The notes under the pieces were generated by a model. The model saw only the letters and a program-made list of their open reading frames with translations. It was not told where the DNA came from and made no database searches. The position numbers and the translations under genes are program-made. Below are positions 7,305-13,369 of a stretch of 13,369 nucleotides of DNA, one piece after another. Source of the stretch: Promethearchaeia archaeon (GTDB lineage: Archaea > Asgardarchaeota > Lokiarchaeia > Sigyniarchaeales > SOKP01); NCBI GenBank assembly GCA_029856105.1, contig JAHQWH010000230.1, positions 1-13,369 of the forward strand, in the 5' to 3' direction. Position 1 is the first letter of the stretch. Every line of letters begins with the position of its first letter.

Positions 7305-8000
7305 CTATTTTTCTAAATTATCTTCAACAGTTTCGGTAATTTGAATAGGAACTTGGGCTAAAGTCGCTTTGTCGTCAACTTCAATACTATCAACATAATA
7401 TACCTTTCCTGAAATATCCGTTCGCCTACCAATTTTCACGTTTCTTCCTTTTACATCCCCTTGAACAAATATATTATTAATTTTAACATTATTTGCTGCA
7501 AAAATATTACCATCAACTATATAGGGACATTTATATTTTTTTCTTCCTGTTGATACAGATTGGTCACCAATATACACATTATCTCCACTGATATCTCCTT
7601 TAATTGTAGCTGATCCATTAATATCAATAGTTTTTTGTGAGAACAACCCTCCTCCAACTTTAGTTGAGCCTGAAAATCTTATACCTTGAAGTGCCTCAGC
7701 TTTATTTCCTACTCTTAACGATCCAGAGTTTTCTAATACTCCTTTAATATTAATTTCCTCGCCGATTGTTGTCGAGCCCGAAAATCTAGCGTTCCCGTCT
7801 CCATGAAGGGCTCCCAAAATTCTGAACGAGCCCGAATTTTTAACGTCGCCGTGAGCTGTTAAACTTCCTTCTCCTCTCGTAGAACCAGAAGATCTAAAAC
7901 CTTGACATTCAATATTTCCATCCATTTTAACGGAACCTGATACTACTATATTATCTTTAATACTCATCTCAGAGAGTTTTCCCAATCCTGATATTTTCAT
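7305..8000 (-). CDS. Bactofilin-like (polymer-forming cytoskeletal, YhbE/YhbF-type) right-handed beta-helix protein
   Basis: 17-18-aa repeats h-x-x-SGS-x-x-h-x-G (VVSGS, RSSGS, KNSGS, RFSGS, ENSGS, RFSGS, INGS) and a YhbE-like end VKGRNVKIGRRTDISGKVYYVDSIEV; AGGAG upstream of ATG. Confidence 0.8.
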   Translation of the reverse strand: MKISGLGKLSEMSIKDNIVVSGSVKMDGNIECQGFRSSGSTRGEGSLTAHGDVKNSGSFRILGALHGDGNARFSGSTTIGEEINIKGVLENSGSLRVGNKAEALQGIRFSGSTKVGGGLFSQKTIDINGSATIKGDISGDNVYIGDQSVSTGRKKYKCPYIVDGNIFAANNVKINNIFVQGDVKGRNVKIGRRTDISGKVYYVDSIEVDDKATLAQVPIQITETVEDNLEK

Positions 8001-8156
8001 TTTACTTTTTCTCCTTTTTATTTTTTTTAGTTTTCTTTTTTTCTTTTTTCTTTTTTCTTTAGATTTGAAATGTTATTCTTTTAATTTTCTATGAATTTTT
8101 TTTTTGCTTATTTTTTTTTGTTTATCGTGAGTTTTTTTTATTGTGTTTTAATTGTG

Positions 8157-8190
8157 TAATAAATAAAAATATAAAAAATATTTTATATTT
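8157..8190 (-). terminator. Hairpin plus U-tract directly after the 28-aa ORF (terminator or attenuator candidate)
   Basis: Perfect 10-bp inverted repeat AAATATAAAA (8167-8176) / TTTTATATTT (8181-8190) with a 4-nt loop; the - strand reads UAAAUAUAAAAUAUUUUUUAUAUUUUUAUUU in an otherwise A-rich strand. Confidence 0.55.
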
Positions 8191-8275
8191 AGTAGTTTAC
8201 AAAACTATTTGTTAAAACTTGGGAATATATCTTACATTTAACTTCTTCTAATGCTGGTTTTTTATTATAGCTCAT
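8189..8275 (-). CDS. Unannotated 28-aa peptide MSYNKKPALEEVKCKIYSQVLTNSFVNY (putative leader peptide)
   Basis: Perfect GGAGG (8288-8284), 8-nt spacer, ATG 8275, TAA 8191-8189; a mixed-composition island flanked by poly-A-rich tracts; first ORF after a TATA box. Confidence 0.75.
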   Translation of the reverse strand: MSYNKKPALEEVKCKIYSQVLTNSFVNY

Positions 8276-8363
8276 TTTTATTTCCTCCAAATTGTTTTTT
8301 TTTTATTTTGTTTTATTATTTATTTTTTTTATTTTGTTTCTAATTAGTATATTATTTTTTTCA

Positions 8364-8379
8364 TATTTAAATGTTTGTG
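8364..8379 (-). promoter_or_regulatory. Archaeal BRE/TATA promoter for the peptide-bactofilin-RHH(-MFS) unit
   Basis: The - strand reads cacaaacaTTTAAATAtg; this predicts a start near 8340 and a ~65-nt A-rich leader ending in GGAGG. Confidence 0.6.
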
Positions 8380-8402
8380 TATTTCGTGTGTATGGTACAC
8401 AA
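8375..8402. promoter_or_regulatory. Candidate operator TGTGTA-N5-TGTGTA-N3-TACACA
   Basis: TGTGTA at 8376 and 8387 (11 bp apart) and the inverted copy TACACA at 8396-8401, abutting the BRE. Confidence 0.55.
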
Positions 8403-8475
8403 CAAAATATGCATTAATCAAAAAGCTGAGATTATTGAGAAACGCGTTTGGTAATACTCTGAAAACGGTCACTGT

Positions 8476-8490
8476 CCAAAACTTTAAATA
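8476..8490 (+). promoter_or_regulatory. BRE/TATA promoter of the divergent 343-aa gene
   Basis: ccaaaacTTTAAATAtg; same TTTAAATATG core as the opposite-strand promoter. Confidence 0.55.
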
Positions 8491-8555
8491 TGCCAATTTC
8501 TATTTATATAATAGTAAGAAATTACTTAATTTGAGCATGGTGGGTGAAAAGAAAG

Positions 8556-9575
8556 GTGTTTGAAAACTATCAAGATAAAACAAGAGAGTACATGCTGTTT
8601 GGAGTCAATTCAATACATCCCGATCCAGAATCTAGGGATATTCTACTTCAAATATTGTTGAAAATATGTGAGTCAAACGTAGTTGCGGCTATAGGATGCT
8701 TTCATTTTTGGTTGGATAACATTGAATTACGATCTCCAGACGCATGTGGTTTTGATTATGCTAGCACTAAAGAGGGTGAAAGAAAGTACGAATTAAAAAC
8801 TGGTCTCGATGCGAAACTAAATAAACTAGCAGGCCTCTATGTTGAAAGGGAAGAAGAAGCAAGAAAGCGAATAAGTAGTACTGAAATTAAAATCTCTCAT
8901 TACATAGAACCAGGTCTAAATGGAATAAGAAAATGTACTAATTATATTAAATCGCTTTATAAAGATGAAAGAGACAATTTACCTCTTTATTTGAGGAAAA
9001 TTAATTTGAAATATTTTAAATTTTCTATAGGTATTATTTGGGATATGAATAAAGATAGTAGAGTGATGAAGAATGGAGTTTTTGAGTTCTTTAATCATGA
9101 ACGAGATTCTATTGATGGTACATGCGGTTCTTCAGGTTGTTGGTTCGATTTTTATAATTCTGATTGGGATGAGTATTACCTTTACAACAAACCTTACTTT
9201 ATTAGTCATCTCAATAAAATACAAAAGATTTTGGATGATATATCTCCTGGAAAATATGAACCTCGTCCTGAGGGTGAATATAATACTTTACTAAAACTTG
9301 GAATTATAAATCGGAAAGGAAGGGAGTTTTATACTATTGACGAAAAGGTTTTCGAAGAAGCAGTACATTTACACGGAGAGGAAATATCTGAACAAATTCA
9401 AGAGAATCTTAAGCTACAAATGAAAGAGTTTGAAAAAATTATGGTTAAATATAACGAAAAGGTATTAGAAGGGGAAACTAAGTTCAAAAAGGCTGGAGAA
9501 AGACTTCAGCGGTTAAAGTATGTTGCAGAACATATGCTAGAAAAATCTGGAGAAAATGAAGAAAACGGTGATTAA
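8556..9575 (+). CDS. Hypothetical soluble protein (~339 aa); possible wHTH-like segment and C-terminal coiled coil
   Basis: Long open frame. GGTGA (8543-8547) plus 8 nt favours GTG 8556 (MFENYQ) over GTG 8544. No family recognised; EYNTLLKLGIINRKGREFYTID looks like a helix and wing. Confidence 0.75.
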   Translation: MFENYQDKTREYMLFGVNSIHPDPESRDILLQILLKICESNVVAAIGCFHFWLDNIELRSPDACGFDYASTKEGERKYELKTGLDAKLNKLAGLYVEREEEARKRISSTEIKISHYIEPGLNGIRKCTNYIKSLYKDERDNLPLYLRKINLKYFKFSIGIIWDMNKDSRVMKNGVFEFFNHERDSIDGTCGSSGCWFDFYNSDWDEYYLYNKPYFISHLNKIQKILDDISPGKYEPRPEGEYNTLLKLGIINRKGREFYTIDEKVFEEAVHLHGEEISEQIQENLKLQMKEFEKIMVKYNEKVLEGETKFKKAGERLQRLKYVAEHMLEKSGENEENGD

Positions 9576-9756
9576 GTGAAATTCTCATTTATTGATGATT
9601 AACAAAGTGTTATTTAATCAATAAAATAAAAAACCAAAACGAAGAGTATTCATTCTATATCCTTCATATTTTAAGTATTGTATCAAATTATGTTGTGAAA
9701 GGAAAAAAGTTGAAATTTAATTTTTAAATAAAAAAAAAGTGTTTTTCAAAAAAAAA

Positions 9757-10704
9757 TTATAGATGAGAATTAAGCCAATTAATTACATCCTGAAAAACTT
9801 CGTTGCGGTTAATTTCATTAAAAATTTCGTGTCGAGCATCCTCATAAAATTTATACGTTACATCCTTTATCCCATATTTGTTAAGGCGATTAATCATAGA
9901 CATAACCGATTTAGTTTTATTTCCTATAACGCATAACGAGCCAGAAATGAAGTGTATTGGTAATTCCTTTGGAATATTTCGCTCTTGTTTCGAATCATAT
10001 ATTTTCTCAAATCCATGAAGGAATTCTAGCCAGAGACTAGCGGGACTCACAAATCCGCACCAAGGATCGTCAATATATTTCTGTACTTCGTCTTTGTCTC
10101 TACTGAGCCACTCAAATCCCGTTGCGCCTTCATCGTTCTGCCAATCGTGGTTGTTAGATTTAAAGTTCATATCGTACATTTTTTGGCTTGGTTCAGTGGG
10201 ACCTAATTTCTTAATTTCTCCTTTAAGAATGAGTTTTCCCGCTTTGACAACTAAAGCTCTCACTTTTCCGTTTGTTCCGCTTAGAATAACACCTTTAAGT
10301 TCATTTCCCCAGTCTTGAATGTAATCTTGCGTTAGCATAGAGCCCCAAGAATGACCTATTAAGAATATCGGAAGATTAGGATGGTCTTTCTTGATTATAT
10401 TTGTTAATTCGTGAAGATCGTTTACTACTCCTCTCCACCCATTAGGCCCTAAAACTCCAGCGTTCCCCTCTAAAGTTTTTTCGGTCAAATCACCAGCAGT
10501 TCTCCCGTGACCGCGCGCGTCGTTAGCATAACAAACATACCCTTCTTTACATAAAGCTTCTGCTACTCGAGCGTATCTTTTAGCATGTTCTGCTAACCCA
10601 TGGATAAATTGTACAACAGCTTTAGGAGTTATATCAGGTTCCCATTTGTATACGAATATTTCAATATCGTCCTTATCATTAAAAGTAAATGTAGAACTTT
10701 TCAT
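9757..10704 (-). CDS. Alpha/beta hydrolase, lysophospholipase/monoacylglycerol-lipase-like (Hydrolase_4/PldB-like)
   Basis: HGLAEH..RY, D.RGHG, nucleophile elbow GHSWG (Ser119), WLSRD..V..Y..DP.CGF, ARHEIFNE (His292). Confidence 0.92.
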   Translation of the reverse strand: MKSSTFTFNDKDDIEIFVYKWEPDITPKAVVQFIHGLAEHAKRYARVAEALCKEGYVCYANDARGHGRTAGDLTEKTLEGNAGVLGPNGWRGVVNDLHELTNIIKKDHPNLPIFLIGHSWGSMLTQDYIQDWGNELKGVILSGTNGKVRALVVKAGKLILKGEIKKLGPTEPSQKMYDMNFKSNNHDWQNDEGATGFEWLSRDKDEVQKYIDDPWCGFVSPASLWLEFLHGFEKIYDSKQERNIPKELPIHFISGSLCVIGNKTKSVMSMINRLNKYGIKDVTYKFYEDARHEIFNEINRNEVFQDVINWLNSHL

Positions 10705-10760
10705 TTTTTTTTAACCTTCAAATAATTTGTTTAAGAATTAATTATGCATTGTCTAGGTTT

Positions 10761-10848
10761 AGTTTATAATTTTACGATTTTTATAATAAATCAAATTTCG
10801 AATCTCCAAAATTAAATCAAGTTAATTTGAGCGGCTATCTTATAAATT
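10761..10848. promoter_or_regulatory. Divergent TATA-like boxes for the hydrolase (-) and the 137-aa gene (+)
   Basis: cgtaaaaTTATAAA on - (10769-10763); TTATAAA on + at ~10840-10846, about 30 nt before ATG 10876, consistent with a near-leaderless mRNA. Confidence 0.4.
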
Positions 10849-10875
10849 TAAAAGGGATCAAATCTTTTTAAAACT

Positions 10876-11289
10876 ATGGCGGAATTATCTGCTGAAAGTT
10901 TAGAGCAAATTCTATCACCGTTCGTTCTAGAGCGATTTAGTCAAAAAGAAGCTAGAGATATTAAAGGAATACTCAAAAGAACTGTAAGCGAACATATCGA
11001 CGATTACTTTATTTGGGTAGTTAGAGCTTTTGTAAGATGTATTATTAATGTAGAAAACGAAATACATATCAAAGATATTACATCAATAATAGTTGCTGAG
11101 GCTAATTTAGCAACTGACGCTCCTCCTTTTAAAGTAAAGGTTAGTTATAATTTTTTCGACACTTTTGAAAGCTTAGATTTCAAATTGTTTTTAGAAAGTG
11201 AAGTTCACCGTTGGTTGGTTTACCTTCAAGAGAAGGGAAAATTACCGGGTACTTACGAAAGGTTTACGGGAAAATATAAAAAAAATTAA
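10876..11289 (+). CDS. Hypothetical 137-aa mostly helical protein
   Basis: ATG-started ORF with protein-like composition filling the gap; no family recognised. Confidence 0.8.
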   Translation: MAELSAESLEQILSPFVLERFSQKEARDIKGILKRTVSEHIDDYFIWVVRAFVRCIINVENEIHIKDITSIIVAEANLATDAPPFKVKVSYNFFDTFESLDFKLFLESEVHRWLVYLQEKGKLPGTYERFTGKYKKN

Positions 11290-11330
11290 AAAAAATAATC
11301 AATAGAAAAAATAGGTTCTGAGAAAATAAA

Positions 11331-11618
11331 ATGACATTTGACCCTTTTGGAGATTTCTTTAATTCATTCTTCATTATTTTCATAATTATAGCCGTAGTTG
11401 TGGTTGTATTTATGATAATTATTTTCATTGTAATAATACGGGCACTAATAGGCGGTGGAAAAAGGAGCGAAAAAAGAAAGCAGCAATTAAGCCCTGCTAA
11501 AGCATACCCAGACACAGTCTATAATACTAAAGAAACAACGCAAATTTGTCAATATTGTGGAGAAAAAATTGATGACAATGCCAATATCTGCCCTCAATGT
11601 GGAGAAAATTTAAAGTAA
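11331..11618 (+). CDS. Small single-pass membrane protein with C-terminal zinc ribbon
   Basis: Long hydrophobic helix (aa ~13-37), basic linker, CQYC-x10-CPQC. Confidence 0.88.
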   Translation: MTFDPFGDFFNSFFIIFIIIAVVVVVFMIIIFIVIIRALIGGGKRSEKRKQQLSPAKAYPDTVYNTKETTQICQYCGEKIDDNANICPQCGENLK

Positions 11619-11629
11619 GATAGAAGAAT

Positions 11630-11670
11630 TAATCTAAAAAAAATATAAAATCTCAATTTTTTTTAATTTA
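11630..11670. terminator. Probable bidirectional terminator
   Basis: An A8 run followed by a T8 run between convergent stop codons at 11618 and 11671. Confidence 0.55.
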
Positions 11671-12738
11671 TTAAAATAGGCTTAGATTCGCGATTCCTAG
11701 ATACTTCTCTACAACATCTAAAACGTCTTCTTTTGACCCAATATATCCAATGATTTGATGTCTAGCTTTTCCATGGGACGCGTTATCAATAGTTTCAAAT
11801 TGACTCAGTTGTAGCTCGATTTCCCCGTATTTTAAAGATGGTTTATTTGGAGATTCCGAATTATACGATTGTATCACGCCAATTTCGCCCTCCGGATGAT
11901 CTCGAGAAACATCAAAGCAGTCATCTTGAGTATTAGGGATATCGTTAGAAAGCTTAACTAAGAAGCCATATTCTTCTGAGTTGGGAATTTTAAGTACATA
12001 ACCGATTTTTGCGTGCCGAGTAAAATCAATATCTTCAGGTCGAACTGCTAATTTGTAAACATCGTCAACATCTAATTTGAAGGCAACGTAATTGTCTCCT
12101 ATGTGCAATCGATCTTCGGGGATAGTGCGAAAGTAAGAAAGCGGTTTTGGATTAGGATTCGTAGGTACTAAAACCGTTCCAGGATTTGATGACCCACCGC
12201 TAATAATACACGCTAACGACCAGCCGTTAATCTTTAAGTTTGGTTGGAAAAAAACGCAGTCGTCCACGAATTCGACGCCACAATAGCTCAATCCCGTCGA
12301 GATCGGTTCTTTTATCAGAGAGATCTGACGAGTAATTTCACCATTATAGATATGTTTTTTAATCTGAGATTCTACTGTTACCGTACTTGAAAGAGTACAT
12401 GAAGTTGAGGATTCAGCTAAAATTTCGTAATAAGCAGGGTCCAAACCATGAGGACAAAACCATCCTTCCCATGTTTGAGGTTTTTCGTAAAAAAATTCTC
12501 TTTCCGGACTAATCCAATATCTATCTCCGCCAATATCTCTTCCTCTTATTTTAACTACTTCTTTGATCTCTGGATTAATCCAAAGCAAACTATAACAATT
12601 ATTTTTTGGATATAACCCTAAAAGGCGCCCTCCATACTCAGAAACTACCGCAGAACTTTCGTCGTTAAAATTTAATTCAATAGGATTGCCAATATCTTCC
12701 TTGAAAGATAAAAGAGTATTTTTGGTAAAGTAGTTCAT
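11671..12738 (-). CDS. DUF6786-like, galactose-mutarotase-like beta-sandwich protein
   Basis: YGGRLLG..LLWINP..GGDRYWISPE..FF and IQSYN..YGEIE motifs match my recollection of DUF6786/DUF4380-type proteins; family call needs an HMM check. Confidence 0.6.
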   Translation of the reverse strand: MNYFTKNTLLSFKEDIGNPIELNFNDESSAVVSEYGGRLLGLYPKNNCYSLLWINPEIKEVVKIRGRDIGGDRYWISPEREFFYEKPQTWEGWFCPHGLDPAYYEILAESSTSCTLSSTVTVESQIKKHIYNGEITRQISLIKEPISTGLSYCGVEFVDDCVFFQPNLKINGWSLACIISGGSSNPGTVLVPTNPNPKPLSYFRTIPEDRLHIGDNYVAFKLDVDDVYKLAVRPEDIDFTRHAKIGYVLKIPNSEEYGFLVKLSNDIPNTQDDCFDVSRDHPEGEIGVIQSYNSESPNKPSLKYGEIELQLSQFETIDNASHGKARHQIIGYIGSKEDVLDVVEKYLGIANLSLF

Positions 12739-12758
12739 AATCTTTACTAAAGCAAAAT

Positions 12759-12775
12759 TATTAAAAAGATTTTTC
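12759..12775 (-). promoter_or_regulatory. BRE/TATA for a probably leaderless transcript of the 355-aa gene
   Basis: The - strand reads gaaaaatcTTTTTAATA 21-29 nt upstream of ATG 12738; no SD present. Confidence 0.5.
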
Positions 12776-12876
12776 TATTTGAGTTTAGCTATTTAAGCTT
12801 CTACCTTAACATCTTAATTCTTTTAAATTTTTATGTTCAATAATAAAAAAAAGGTTTAATTTATGGAAAAAGTGTA

Positions 12877-13368
12877 CTAAAATGTTATGAATAATGGGAT
12901 AATAAGAGATAAAGCAAAACCAAGGAAATAAACTAATCCAGCATATATCATATTATTATCGTTGTTTTTGAAACCATGGACTATTAGCAAAATAAATCCA
13001 ATCAATAATAGCCATCCAAAAGAAGTTAATATTATGAAAATTGAAGTGAGTGTCCAAATATCAATTGCAGTAAGTTGAAATAAAATCGTATATAGTTCTC
13101 CGTTTAATACTATCACATTTACGGAATAATAAATAGTCCATAAAATACCCGAAATCATAATATAAGATTTAAATCGTTGTCGATTTTTTAATCCAAATAT
13201 TAAAAATATCACGCCATATGTAATCAATGATGGAACGCTAAATAATAAACCTCGAAAAACATTATATGCTATATATATTTGAGTTTCAGTTCCATCATAA
13301 GGAGATTCTAATAATAAATCAGGTATTAAAAAGGATAGAACGATAAAACTTATATTAGTAATACCAAG
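12877..13368 (-). CDS. 5'-truncated multi-pass membrane protein
   Basis: The frame stays open upstream of TTG 13227 to the window end (LGITNISFIVLSFLIPDLLLESPYDGTETQIYIAYNVFRGLLFSVPSLITYG...); about five hydrophobic segments. Confidence 0.8.
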   Translation of the reverse strand, partial: LGITNISFIVLSFLIPDLLLESPYDGTETQIYIAYNVFRGLLFSVPSLITYGVIFLIFGLKNRQRFKSYIMISGILWTIYYSVNVIVLNGELYTILFQLTAIDIWTLTSIFIILTSFGWLLLIGFILLIVHGFKNNDNNMIYAGLVYFLGFALSLIIPLFITF

Positions 13369-13369
13369 A

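Noticed and set aside
8375-8563. 62-aa + strand ORF starting MCISC
   Set aside because: TTG start inside the operator repeats; the Cys codons derive from TGTGT boxes; it spans a promoter and has no SD.
9590-9625. Imperfect inverted repeat TGATTAA...TTAATCA after the 343-aa gene as a mobile-element end or ncRNA
   Set aside because: Short and AT-only, with no partner repeat, target duplication or transposase; at most a 3' stem.
1106-11515. Other short ORFs in the track (1106-1309, 4270-4488, 5519-5761, 5696-5920, 9073-9294, 10094-10318, 11264-11515)
   Set aside because: All lie within or opposite better-supported genes and have shadow-like composition.
1-13369. CRISPR array, tRNA/rRNA, IS element or provirus
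   Set aside because: No regularly spaced repeats, no GC-rich structured RNA segment, and no transposase, integrase or capsid motifs seen by eye.

Overview
AT-rich archaeal chromosomal window. Gene content and signals (longin-like plus winged-helix protein, TrmB-coiled-coil fusion, RHH/PCI-like regulator, GGAGG/GGTGA ribosome-binding sites, TTTAAATA boxes) suggest an Asgard archaeon, probably Lokiarchaeia; this is an inference. Layout: (1) a + strand run of a 5'-truncated Ig-like-repeat surface protein, a longin/uDENN-like plus tandem winged-helix protein, and a 663-aa TrmB-HTH/coiled-coil/PLD-like protein; (2) a - strand unit of a bactofilin-like beta-helix protein, an RHH regulator and a MefA-like MFS exporter; (3) a divergent 343-aa protein of unknown family, an alpha/beta hydrolase whose usual catalytic Asp position holds Cys, two small proteins, a DUF6786-like protein and a truncated membrane protein. 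The main novelty is in unit 2. Two short ORFs missed by the ORF track sit in long A-rich leaders. One is a 28-aa peptide with a perfect GGAGG site, followed directly by a hairpin and U-tract. Phased TGTGT(A) boxes lie beside the promoter. Together these suggest a leader-peptide/attenuator-controlled stress or efflux module. I found no RNA genes, CRISPR arrays or mobile elements by eye.
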